DNA of 64,000 nucleotides from Chlorokybus atmophyticus (GCA_009103225.1 RHPI01003488.1:257438-321437), one strand, 5' to 3'; positions 35,767-48,266 are shown, counted from the first letter of the stretch. Notes: generated by a model from the sequence alone, not told the origin. Made by a program: numbers and translations.

Positions 35767-36083
35767 CTTCACCACGTACACACCTCCGCCCCTGCCGCCG
35801 CCGCCGCCGGCCTGGCCTGATGGCCTGATGCGCTCACAACGGATTACTGAGCACATGCAGATCACTGAACAATTGGATCAGTGATCACACATTTAGCGCG
35901 CAAAATTTCAAACGAGTGTGAACGGCCTTTTCTTGCGCAATTATAATTCCAGTGAAATATTTCTTGCGCAAGATTTGAAAGTTTCCCGCTGTTTCATCTA
36001 TAGGACGATAAATAAATCAGTCACTGCGCAGACTGGACTGCATTTTTGGCTTCATTTTGGTCAGTTTCATCAGCAGGGTCAAA
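35767..36083. promoter_or_regulatory. Short divergent (likely bidirectional) promoter region
   Basis: 317-bp AT-richer gap between opposed start codons at 35766 (-) and 36084 (+). Confidence 0.55.
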
Positions 36084-37010
36084 ATGGCGGCAGCGGCGGC
36101 GTCGGCGATGTCTCTGGGCAGCGGCAGGCTCTTCTCCTCGTCCTCGTCATCCACCTCCTCACCCTCCTCATCACATGCATTGCCTCGCGCCGCCGCCCCG
36201 CGACTGCGACGGAAAGCTGGTAAGCATCCTGTTCTGCTCTAGCCTGGCCTGGCCTGGCCTGGTCTGACTGTGCTTGTCTCCTCCCTTGCAGTGAGGCGGG
36301 CGGCTGAGGCTAGGTGGGGCGCCTCATCAGGCGGCGGTGGCGGCGGCAGCAACAAGGCGAGGGGCGGCAGCAGCAGGAGGGGAGAAGAAGGGGAGCAGGT
36401 GGTTAGCGTCATGTGGCCAACCTCCTTTGATGAGGTACGTGTGCTCAATGCAATGTCGCGTTTACACATTCACACATCTCATCATTTACACAGAGTAAAG
36501 TGCTCTACTCACGCAGGTGCCTCAAGCCATCGCTGCACTCAGGGAGGGCTCATCAGTCGTGATGAACCTCAGCTCCATCGCCAGGTGCATGCACACGCAC
36601 ACCCGTGCCTGTTGCAATGATGTTGGTGATGGTGGTGCACCTCTTTCTTGCCGATCTTCTTGCATGGCAGACCTGGTTGATCAATGAGCACTGATGCCTG
36701 TGCTGATGCCTGTCTGTGTGTTGAATGCAGCATTGAAGAGCAGCAGCGATGCGTGGACTTTGTTGCCGGCGGTTGCTTCGCCATGAACGGGTAAGCATGG
36801 TGCCCCATAACAGTTGAACGATACTATGCATCACCATATCACCTTGGAATCTCATTCATTGTCATCATCAGGCACCAGGACACGCTGTCGGACTCGGTGT
36901 TTCTGTTTCTTCCCGCGGGCGTATCAGCAGCCAACATCAACTCGCGCAGGGAGGCGCTGCTGTGCCTCGGCTCAACGCAGCTCGCCCTTGCCGAAGACCT
37001 CGCGCACTGA
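36084..37010 (+). CDS. sepF: Nuclear-encoded SepF (cyanobacterial-type FtsZ-anchoring protein) with a putative plastid transit peptide
   Basis: Exons 36084-36219, 36292-36434, 36517-36584, 36731-36790 and 36872-37010 are all GT-AG and in frame. Product: MAAAAASAMSLGSGRLFSSSSSSTSSPSSSHALPRAAAPRLRRK...VVSVMWPTSFDEVPQAIAALREGSSVVMNLSSIASIEEQQRCVDFVAGGCFAMNGHQDTLSDSVFLFLPAGV..., which matches the SepF consensus P.SF.E.PQAI.ALR...SVVLNL.......QR.VDFVAGG..A..GHQ..I...IFLF.P. Confidence 0.92.
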
Positions 37011-37706
37011 TGACAGGCATGCCTGCAGGTATTTGCGCTTCTGCACAAGACATGGTTTCCTCTCGGTTGGGACGATAGTTGTACAGGACAGACAGACAGA
37101 TAAACACAAGCACACTGCAGTGTATACTAGTATATTATGACGATGGCTTTTTCTCCCCTCCTTTTGTTGTTCAGTCTCTTGTCACTGACTGGTTTGTCGT
37201 GTGTGCTGCAAGCCAACTGGCCTTTACGGATCATTGGCAGCAATGAAGCCAATACAGATATTGAACAAAGTCTTACACCTTCAGGAAAACCTGTACAGTG
37301 TAGGCCGGTACAACCATTTCACACCGGAACCCATCAACATTTGTTGCAGAGAGCTATTCAGGAACGAATGTGGTATTGCACGTCCTTGTGTTAATGATAG
37401 CGCCAATCTAATAAGCGTGTGCAGTGCACTGAGTCGGGCCCGATCCCAACACATCTCAACTGTCACCGCAGTGCAATAGATCTGTGAACTAAAGTGTGAT
37501 GTGAACACGATGTCATGCAACACCGTTTCATTGATTACAGACAGAGAGCCGAGCCAGCAACCAGTTGAGAGCTTTGAAGCAACAAGCGCGTCTCTCTATC
37601 AGTGCGCAACACCTGTGCATTGAGCACGCAATAGGGAGGTGGATAGTCGGAATGTACACACAACGCTGCTGTTGAGGTGCCAACATCATGGACACGTGCG
37701 CATCCG

Positions 37707-39773
37707 TCAATAGGTCTCACTCTTGTACGCCCACGGATGCTCTTCCAGATAGCCCTGCACGGCATCGCGGATGCCCAAGTTCGGCACGAGCTGCTCTGCC
37801 GAAAGGGGAGCGCGCGACACGGGATCAAAATGACCCACCTGCAAGTAACCGCAGTTGGCAACCACAGAGATAACCACAGGAATGGATGCAGCGATAGAGT
37901 TTGTCTCGCTAAGCAGGAGTGTGCACAGATGCCAGCATACTGCATGCCGTGTGCATGTCAGCGTAGCTACTGTCAGTCAGTGAGTGAGCCAGGGATGAAT
38001 GCTTTCATGCATGCATGAAAGTGGAATGAACATGGACAATCAAGCAAAAAGGGAATGAATGAAACATCCAATGAAATGACATGCCATGTCGATGTTACCT
38101 TGCGCAGATGTTCCAGCAGCACCGCTTTTTCATACGTGATTCCGCTCGGCGTAATGACAGGCTCCCGGTAAATGTCCATTGTCAGCTTGCAGCACAGGTA
38201 GTCCGGGACCTGCAGCAAGTGCATCACCAATTCAGCAACATACACGCACTGCACATGCAATGAGTTTGAGATACACTCCGTACCTGTCCCGGGGTGTCGT
38301 TGGCCGTCGCGTCCTTCAACATCTCTTGCAACTGCGCTTGACGCTCTCTGTAGGCATCGTCGACCTGTCTTCGCAGCTTTGCGCGGTACTCTGCGTCCAT
38401 CTCCTCAGCACTCCGGCTGTCGGCACCATCCAACGCCACAACGTGCGCAAGTTCTATCGCGCGCAGCTTCTCCTCTCGCTCCTTCACCAGCAGCCTTTCC
38501 AACAGCTCCCTGCTCGCGATGTTTGTATGTTGGCATCCTTGTGGTGATGTACGCACGCGAATGCAACTCACATCAGGGCATACCTCAGCTCCTGGCGCTT
38601 GTGTGTCCTCATATCCGCCGCCTCTTGCCACTGAGTGTGCTTCACTCGGGAAAGCTCCTCCCAGATCTCCTCAAGCGTGTTTGGAGCCGCTGTGCTGTTC
38701 GGAGCTCGTGCCAAGTCATAAGCCTGTTGCAACATAGAGTCCAAGTGTGACAGCGCAGCGCAACATAGCAAGAGCTTTGATATGCAATGGACGCATGGAC
38801 GCATCACTCATTGGAGGCTTGGCCAACGTGCCTTGCTCAAGTGTCGCACGGCCCTTATGAAGTCGTTGAGATGCGATAGGGCCAAGCCTAGCATGTAATG
38901 CCCCTGCGAGCAGACCAATAAACATCAGCTACAGCCCGCATACGTAAAACACCGTAAGCAGCTGCAAACACTACAACTGTGAAACAACGAACTATGCCAT
39001 ATGACCTCAAGTGCCGTGCTGACAGCTTGGTAAGGCGTACCTTGACAGAGCTGGGGTCTAGCTGCAACACTCGCTCTGTGTCTGCTTGAACACGGTCCCA
39101 TTCGCTGCAGGCGCAACATTGGTGTGCACTTCAGTATGTCTGTGTCAGCGCAAGCCATGACGACAATCTAGGATCAACACTTACTTGCGGCGCCGATGGC
39201 ATATGGCTCTGTTGGTCAAGTACGTTGGTACATTTGGGCAGAGCGTTATAGCCTGTAGCATAGCGCACGAGTGAGCCTCAGGAGATGCACCTCTTACTCA
39301 CATTTTACCATGAATGCAGGGTGCTGTGATGCTTGCAGCAGAACACTACCAAAGCCTACTCACCTCTGTGTAAGCTTCAATTGCGGCAGCAAACTTTCCC
39401 TTTTGGAAGCACTGGTTTCCCTGTCGACAGGGAAAGGCGGGCACAGTGATGTTACTGGGCTTGCACATACAGAGCGACACCAAGCCGCGTGTAGCTGTAC
39501 CCCAGCCAATGCACTAAGTTGCACTTATCAGCGTTTGCAAGGGCAACATGGCATGTAATCACCACGGCATAGACGCAGACATGTCTCTCATAATGCTTGC
39601 ATAGCTGCATGTCATACAGACACGACGACACATAACCGCAGAACAGCGTGTTCGCATTCATCAGCATCGTCATGTGAGAACAAACGTACAACGTGGTCCT
39701 GCAGCAGATGTTGTAACGGACTCACCTGTGCTTTAAGCTGCTCTGCGCGCTTACGTGCGTCGCTATTCGACAT
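37707..39773 (-). CDS. CHIP: CHIP/STUB1 E3 ubiquitin ligase (TPR plus U-box), 9 coding exons
   Basis: MSNSDARKRAEQLKAQ|GNQCFQKGKFAAAIEAYTE|AITLCPNVPTYLTNRAICH..|EWDRVQADTERVLQLDPSSVK|GHYMLGLAL..|..IWEELSRVK..W..|..|VPDYLCCKLTMDIYREPVITPSGITYEKAVLLEHLRK|VGHFDPVSR..LVPNLGIRDAVQGYLEEHPWAY..*. Confidence 0.95.
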
Positions 39774-40821
39774 CCTCGAGCGTGTGCGTGGCCTCCTTCC
39801 CGAACCTGAACCAAAGCGTGGCCTGGCGCGTCTGCGCCTACCAGTGTCGAAAACCCACAGAAACACTGCCAGCAGCAGGCCAGCTGTCACGGCAGCCGCC
39901 CCGCGCAAAAACCTGGGGTCTGCGCAAAAGAGCCAAGGCGAAGGCAATAAACACCCATGAATATGCTATGCACGGAGTACAACTTGCAGCGACTGTCACT
40001 GAGTCACACAAGGGCACAATATACACAATCCATCTTACCTGCCGTGGTGAACAATTCTGTGCCGGCACTGCCTTGCAAGTCGGCTGAGGACAACGAGAAT
40101 GCAGATGTAAGGTTGATAAAACGTACAAGACACATCCAAATAACATTGGGTTGAATATTTATCCAACGCCACTGCGCCAATAGGCCCAACAGACAGCGGA
40201 CTTACGTGCATCAATTCCACAAAGACGAAATCAAGCAAATGCCAACAGCTTCCGACACCGTTTACATAAACGCTCTGTTTTAGACTCACCGCTTGACCCT
40301 TTCTAGAAGGATCCAGCGCCGTCCTCCCAGCCACGTGCGAGCTGCAGCGAGCAAGCGGCGGCGCACGAACTATGGCTGAGCTACGACAGCATTCCAAGCC
40401 GATTGAAATAGGCTTGGAATGCCAGCAACAACAACAGATACCTAGCAAACAATCAGCTTAGCTCTCTCAAGGCGCCAAGCAGTGCCTGCTCAACCAGCTT
40501 GACAGAAGCAAGCAGCGCCCGCCTTGTTGACAATTACCGGAACCCAATGATATTGAAGCTCCCTCGTCACCCACCCTGTGCGCCACACCGCCGCCGCCGC
40601 CGCCGCCGCAACGCGCCGTTTGCTGCCACGTGTAAGTTCCTGCCAAGCTCCGCACTGCACTTTTCGAACACCGCTTTTGCTGTTGGCATTACGGATTCTG
40701 GTTGTTGGTGGCCTGCTTAGCGACGTGGGCGGAGAGAGACGTCACCGCCGGTGGCGACGTGCGTGGGTTGGTGGCATTCAGCATGGCATGAGGGGAGAGT
40801 TTGCTCCTCCTGCATATCATC

Positions 40822-42783
40822 ATGGCCGGCGAGGTCCGCCAGCGTGGCGTCCACAGTGACGGTGACAGCAGCAGCAACAGCGGTCAGCTGCAGCAGGTGG
40901 TCAATGGCGTGGCCAAGCCCAGCACTCAGAGCAGCACAACTGGTGAGCAACTGTCAATGCGACTGTTAGACAGTGCATGTGATGCTAGCCAGCGAGTTTG
41001 CAGTGATAGCTTTGGCAGTTGGCTGACTTGCGAGCAAAGAAGTAGCAGACAGACTGCTACTGCACAGCCCAGACAGAGAAAGAGGCGCAGACAGGTTGTT
41101 TGTGCTTGGGGCAAGCCACGCATTGATCGCATTGCTCACAGTGCACCAATGTGAGCTTGCTGGCTTGTTGTGGCGTTGGTGGGTTGCTCACAGACAGCCA
41201 GCATGTCGAAGTGTCAACTTGCTGCGTTGGCCACAGCATGCAGCAGAACGCTTTGTGCAAGTGCATGCACGTCATTCTTACGTGCCAGCAGCACATTGCA
41301 TGGAGGTTAGCCAAGCGTGTCCAACAGTTGACACGCTGCTAAGCATGCACTTGTTTGCAGCTGGATGGGTGGACAGCGACAGCTTCTTCGCAACTGCGCG
41401 GTCGTGGATCACATTAATTACAGCTTGCGCATACATCCTATTGGTCACAATAGCATTCACAATTGTCCTTATTTTTATTCTGCCATTGGGGCGGCGCCAC
41501 CTGCGCATAACGATTGGCAACATCTATGGCACGTTTGTGGGCGCTGGAGCGGTGAGTTGCCATTGTGGGTGTTGAGTTGAATGCATCCAGGCGTGTTGTT
41601 TACTTCTGCTTTGCAGTTGTTTCTGCTTCACTGCCCCATGAAAATGAGCGGTTTGGATAGACTGCCCTATCAGGAAGACAAGCCGGCAATCATCGCGCTC
41701 AACCATGCTTCCCCGCTTGATGTGCTCATTGCTTTCTGGCTCACACCTCAAAAGTGTGTAGGCGTTGCAAAGCAGGAGGTGAGCTTGCATGTCTGAGGAT
41801 GTTCGCACATACGGGTGTGCACGCACGCACCCCACAGCGTGCATGCGCACATGCACGCTCTCATGCCTGCACATGTGACCATGTCCAGAAGAACTGCAAT
41901 GCACCACGTGTGCTTGCCGCAGTTCTTCTTGACATCGTCGTATGAATTGTTTGCAGATTGTGTACTACCCCATGATTGGATGGCTGTACTGGCTGTCGGG
42001 TCATCTCAGGATCAACAGGAAGGCTCGCGAAAGCGCCGTGTCCGCGCTCACAGAGGCAAGCACATGCCGCACAGGGGGGGTGCTCGCACCAGCACTGCAT
42101 GCACATGCAGAGCTGCATCCGCTTGCTCATCGGTCTGTCAGTCCATGAAACAAGTTGGCCCTCCCCCTTCAGGTCTGCGACTTCATGAAGAGACATCGCT
42201 ACAGCACGCTGATCTTTCCCGAAGGCACGCGCTCGGTGACGGGCCGGTTACTGCCGTTCAAGAAGGTGCGAGACTTGCAAAACTCATCACACAGTCACCG
42301 CAATGCTGATCACAGTAAACAGTAGTTGGGGACTGACCTTCCACCCCCATGTACTGTTGGTTCCTTGCTTCTTGATCTCAAGTCAGTGTCCATGTCTTTA
42401 ACAACAGCGTTGCACACCACAAGTGCGCACCATCTCATCCACGCCAACACATATGAACACGTGTTTGGGCTTGCAACTGATTGCTTCTCTGTGCCTGTAT
42501 GGTCATCGTGCAGGGCGCTGTGCACATGGCGATCAAGACAGGGTTCCCGATCATCCCTGTTGTGTTAACTGGCACGCACCATGCGTGGCGCAAGCATTCC
42601 ATCCGTCTAAGGCCGACACCAATCAGCATCGAGGTGTTGCCGTCCATCGACACCACGGGCTGGCGCGCGGAGGACGTCGATAGACACACGGCCGACCTCC
42701 GCGCCGTCTTCGCGGCCGCGTTGCCACCTGAACAGCAGCCTGCAAGCGATACCCCTGACGTGCGGCCCGATCGCACCGATTGA
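40822..42783 (+). CDS. LPAAT: 1-acyl-sn-glycerol-3-phosphate acyltransferase (class-B LPAAT-like), 6 coding exons
   Basis: PlsC motifs NHASPLD, VAKQE, YYPMIG, LIFPEGTRS..GRLLPFKKG, PIIPVVLTGTHHAWRK. N-terminal TM segment. Exons at about 40822-40942, 41361-41551, 41617-41778, 41958-42055, 42172-42265 and 42513-42783. Confidence 0.93.
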
Positions 42784-44043
42784 TGATGATGATGACAACG
42801 CAAGGACGCGTGTGTTGTGTTCCTGTTGTGCGCTCAGGGTCATTGACTCATATACCCATAGGCTGTCCTGCTTTCAGCTGTGCAGCAGCGTCGCGTGTGA
42901 TGGAAAAAGGCTCAGTGGCAGAGGCTCCCAAGCATTTTTTGTAGTGATTACAGGCCCTGAGCGAATCTGAATTGCCATATCTTTTGAGTAGATCAGGTCC
43001 TTGTTTCTTCAAACCCCAGTAGTGCTCAGAGTGCATTCCGATTGCTCCAGGGGTCGATTTAATGTCACGTTTTGCATAGCCGCACAGAGAACCGGATGAA
43101 GTTTACTCATAAGCTCATGAGGCATCATCCATCCCTCGTGCTTCACGGGCTATGTAACCATGACATGTGTTCTCGATGTGTCCTGCGTGATGAGTCACTG
43201 CTTTGCATTGCTCGCTTCTGAAAACTACTTGGGACCGAACAGATGACCCTGTTGATACGCATGGTACTTCAGAGTCTAAAACACCACACAAGGTGCAAGG
43301 GGCGAAGCAGCGCCGGGTGCACCGGCACTTGCATGGCGCAGAGTATCTGGCTTCGACAGACCATATAACGACATGCGTACAAAAGGGGTATGCCACCAAG
43401 TCCGCATGCATGGTATGCTAGCAACAACGCTGACATGCACACAGTACTCAACATATAACTCACCATCAGGCTAGCACTAAGTCTAATGTCTACACTACTC
43501 CTATCTGCCCGCCCCATTAGTTATGCAAAGCATGCATCAAGCAATCACCTGCCGACACGGGCTGATTGTCAGTTCGTTGTCGCCAACGGCCAGGATGGCC
43601 AGGATGACAGCAGCAACGACGATGACTCCCTCCCTCCCTCCCGTTCTCCCTCTCCTCCGTGCGTGCCGTAGTGTTTCAACATCTGGCTTACATTGTCTTG
43701 TGCACCCAATGTCAACAAATTGATGGCTTGTAGCCAGGCTTGTTGCCCAGTCACAACGCGCTCAGAGTTGCCACTTGCACTGTCCCTTGTGAGCAGATTG
43801 TCTTGTCTACTACCCGCGTGGTCGCTGCAATACAATGTCTTACAATGCACTGTTGGGCTTGAACTGAACACATTGCAAGTGGCTTCGCTACTATCATCAA
43901 CTCACGAAGGGTGGTCAAAACCATACATGTTGCATCGCCTAGCTTGATACCCGCACTACAAAAAGAACCGGTGTGCAGGCAATTCGCATTCGCATAGCAC
44001 ACCCACGTGCGTCGGTTGGCTAAGCGGTAGCAGCAGCATCGAC

Positions 44044-47000
44044 ATGGCGATGGCGGCGGCCATGGCGGCGATGTTGCTGCTGGTAGTAGTAGCGGCGTCC
44101 TCGCCAGCCTCAGCGGCGACGGTCACTTTGGTAGCAGACGCCAGCAGGCCGAAGCACGCCGTCAGCCCCATGCTCTGGGGCGTCTTCTTCGAGGTGGAAG
44201 GAGAAAGCAACTGACCATATGAACTTGCAAATTCTTCAGCATACGCATGTCCATCTTTGCCAATGTTTGTTGTGTGACAGGAGATCAACCATGCGGGCAC
44301 AGGCGGACTGTACGCGGAACTGGTGCAGAACAGAGGTAGCACAACAACCATGCCAGATGTATATGTGACGATCCTGTCACAATGATAAGAAATCCTTCAG
44401 ACGTTTCCCTCTTCCATGCTGTGTGGCAGGTTTTGAAGCTGGCGGCCAAGCCATGCCATCCAACCCTTACCCATGGCAGGCGTGTGCGTGCGCGTGCTCG
44501 TGCGCACATGCACGTGCATGCATGCAAGCGTGTGCATGCGTGCGTGGGTGTGCATGTGCGTGTGCGCATGTGCAGGTGTATGTGCACGCGCGCGCGTCTG
44601 CCTGTGCGTGCCGGCGCGTGCCCGTGCAAGCCTGCGTGTGTTGTCCCACGAGTGCGTATGCGTGCATGTGCGTGCATATCACTCGTGCATGTGATCACCA
44701 TCCACAAGAATTGTATGCTACGACTCAACCAATGGAAGCTTACACACGCACGCACGCACAGGCCTTCAGCTCTTCCGCTGGCAACGTGCACGCCTCCATC
44801 CGCACGGAGCGTTCGTCCCCGCACCCGCGCAACCCCGTCGCCCTGCGCACCGACATCAACAGCAATGCCAACAACACTGATGTTCACGACGACGATGGCG
44901 ACACCAACATCATGGCTGGTGTGGTCAACCCGGGCTTCTCCGGCATGGTGCGTGTGTGTGTGTGCTGGTCGCTGGTCGTGACACACGTGCGCGTTTGTAT
45001 GCGCGTGTCTGGGCATGTGTGCGTGCGTGCGTGTTGACTTGTTTTGCTTGCCCAGAATGTTGTTGAGGGTGAGGAGTATACGCTCTCCATGTGGGCGCGC
45101 GCCGAAGGGCACATACGCGAGCTCGTTGTCTACTTGGCTGCAACAACAGCAAGTGAACGTCAACCATTGACCCGCACATACCGGCACGTCCAGTGTCAAT
45201 GCCTTCTCGCCTGCTGTCCCAAAGGAACAAAATCGAAGGCCATCACACATGACTTATCACTGTGTTCTTGGGGCAGGTTTGCGGTTGGTAGCAATTGGAA
45301 GAAGTATGCCGTGCGCTTGCGTGCCAATGCATCTGACCCCCGTGCAAGCCTTGTGATAGCTGCGGCGATGCCGTCAACGCCAGATGACAGCAAGGCCACC
45401 TTCTGGCTTGATGTTGTGTCGCTCATGCCAGCAAACATCCCGAAAGGTATGCAGTTTGTATATGGCCTGAAACAACACATGCGCATGCATGGCTATGCAC
45501 AATCGCGCAGGCTAACGCCAAGCCCGGTGCACACACATGAATCCCCATACACACACATATACACGCGCGTATGCGCGTGTGCATGCGTGCATGCGTGTAT
45601 ATTAACCACGTGCACAGCACCTGCACACGGACACGCGCGTGCACGCACACACATGTGGTGGGCGTGCGCACCCGCACGCACCCGCGCAACCTCCCGAAAG
45701 GCCCTCACACAACCCCCGCGCATGCACGCGCGCGCGCGCGCGCGCGCACGCACGCACGTCCCACACTCCACCACATCCCCCACCCACCCCCACCCCCTCA
45801 GGCCACCCCTTCCGCCCCGACCTCCTCCGCCTCCTCTCCTCCCTCTCCCCTTCCTTCCTCCGTTTCCCCGGCGGTTGCTTCGTCGAATCCGACTACCTGT
45901 CCTCTTCCTTCCGCTGGCGCGAGACCGTCGGTCCCATTGCCTCCCGTCCGGGCCACATCAACGCCATCTGGGGCTATTTCAGCGAGGACGGGCTGGGGTT
46001 CTACGAGTATCTGGTGCTGAGCGAGGATATCGGGGCCGAGCCGGTGTGGGTGTTCAACGCGGGGATCAGTCATAGGGAGAGTGTCGGAGTGGGGGAGATC
46101 GGACCGTGGGTGGAAGAGGTGCTGGAAGGGATCGAGTTTGCGAGGGGAGATGAGAAGGAGACCAAGTGGGGGAAGGTGAGGTGTTGCAGCACACAAGTCC
46201 AGTGATGCGTAAGTCTATGTGGCGCACGATGACAACCCTAACATGCGTTTGGTCGGTCTGTTTCGCATTTGAGTCATCAAGCGATCTCAGTATCGTGTAG
46301 CGTCAACACCGACTGTGCATGCACAGCCTTTCCCTGCTTGTGCACTTTGTCGGCACAACTCGCACAGAGTTGACAGCAGAGCAGCCTTCATCTGTTTCTC
46401 GGTGTTACCCACGCATGCACCCATGCACACGTCCGTGCGTGCGTGCGTGCGTAACACTAGTGCACGTACGAATTGTGCATTGGCTGCTACGCTTGCTATC
46501 ATGCCTGCGTGTATCACATGGGTATGTATCCCAACAACTGAGCTCCAACACTCCCACTCCTCCCCTAGGTGCGAGCCTCTATGGGCCACCCTTCCCCCTT
46601 CCCCCTCCACCACGTCGCCGTCGGCAACGAGGACTGCTTCTCCCCCTCCTACCCCGCTCTCTTCTCCATCTTCTACCGCGCCATCAAGTCCCTTCACCCC
46701 GACATGACCGTCATATCCAACTGCTACGGGGACGACGACGTCACGCCCGAGGCGGATGTGCGAGACTATCACATCTATGCGAGGCCGGAGGAGATGATCG
46801 AAAGGGCGGGGGAGTTCGATGGGGTGGAGAGAGGGAAGAAGGGGAAGGTGTTTGTGAGCGAGTATGCGGCGCTCGGAGGGGACGCGGGGAAAGGTACGGG
46901 CGGGGTGTTTGGGTGTATGTGGGGAAGGGGGCATGTTGGAGGTCTGTGTGCATGTGCGCGCGTGTGCGCGTGTGTGGTTTGCACAGCCTTGTGGGATATG

Positions 47001-48266
47001 CAACACTTGGGTAAGTGCGTGCGCACGAGCGCACGCGCGCGTGCATGTCTGTATCTGTAGTATGGTGCATGTGTGCGTGAGGATGTCAGTATAATAGAGG
47101 CATCACGACGTACACATGCGTGTACATACACTCGCATGCACACAAGCATGTATGCATCGGGGTGCTCGACGCTTCGCTGGTGACCACGTGCTGAGAGTGT
47201 GTTTACCCGGTGAATGTGCATACACTCGCACAGATATCGTAACCACCTTCCACGCAGGCACGCTGAGGGGCGCGGTGGCGGAAGCGGTGTTCATGCTCGG
47301 CCTCGAGCGCAATTCCGATGTCGTCACGATGGCCAGCTACGCACCCCTCTTCACCCACGAACAAGTACGCAACATACACTATACACACGCATGCACCCAC
47401 CCGCGCACGCACCCACCCACGCACGCTCGCACGCACGCGCGCACAATTTGACTTATTGCAGTACACTGTCTGGGAGCCCGACGCCATCCACTTCGACTCC
47501 TCGCGCGCGTTCGGCACGCCCTCGTACCATCTCCAGACGATGTTTGGCAAAACCAACTTCAACGGCAGCGTGCTGCTGGACTCTACTCTCCAATGGGATG
47601 ACGATGATGATCATGGGGAAGAAGACAGACTTGTTGCGGCGAGTGTCATCGTGTCGGAGAGAGAAGCACGCATGGTGATAAAGGTAAAGTGAGATGAGAG
47701 GACTTGTTGTCTTACTGATAAGCGTACATGTTGTTACACTACAAAACTGCAGAAGCGTAACAGCTTCCACTCGTGTAAGTATCATGAGAGTCATGTGTCT
47801 GGGTAAGTTAGTAAGTGGAGCCTTCGCCCTGGCGCATCTGTTATCACATGATGATCAAGTGACCAACACTCACTGACTCACTCTGTTCCTTCTCCCTTTC
47901 AACAGCTGGTGAACTACGGCTCCGAGGCAGTCAATGCAACGTTGCGAATGGATGGTTTATCGTTGAGCGCCATCCATAGCAGCGAGGATGCTACTATATA
48001 CATGCTCACGAGCAAGGACCCCCTCGACACCAACACCCTCGACCATCCCGACAAGGTGACCACATGTGTGTGTGTGTGCGTGTGTGTTCCTCTTCATGTC
48101 CTCGCTTGTATGTCACATGTGCTTGCAGGTGGTGCCAAAGGTGTGCAAGACGCCGTTTCGCAACAACGCGACGATGGTGTTGCCGTCGAACTCGGTCACG
48201 GTCATCAGCGTGCCCTTGACCAGCAGCACAACGACTACAGGACAGCTTGGTCGGGAGGTGATGTGA
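44044..48266 (+). CDS. ARAF: Secreted alpha-L-arabinofuranosidase, GH51 (plant ASD1/ARAF type), about 12 exons
   Basis: Signal peptide MAMAAAMAAMLLLVVVAASSPASA; LWGVFFEEINHAGTGGLYAELVQNRGFE; FLRFPGGCFVE; GLGFYEYL; VAVGNEDC; DYHIY; KVFVSEYA; GTLRGAVAEAVFMLGLERNSDVVTMASYAPLF; DAIHFDSSRAFGTPSY. Confidence 0.95.

Noticed and set aside
43560-43670. GC-rich stretch that could encode a hydrophobic peptide (VIVVAAVILAILAVG, minus strand)
   Set aside because: No start, splice context or homology was recognised; it is probably a small insertion in the intergenic flank.
44285-47221. Long overlapping ORFs rich in C/V/R/A/H/T
   Set aside because: They are translations of stop-poor purine-pyrimidine intron tracts and antisense GC-rich exons.
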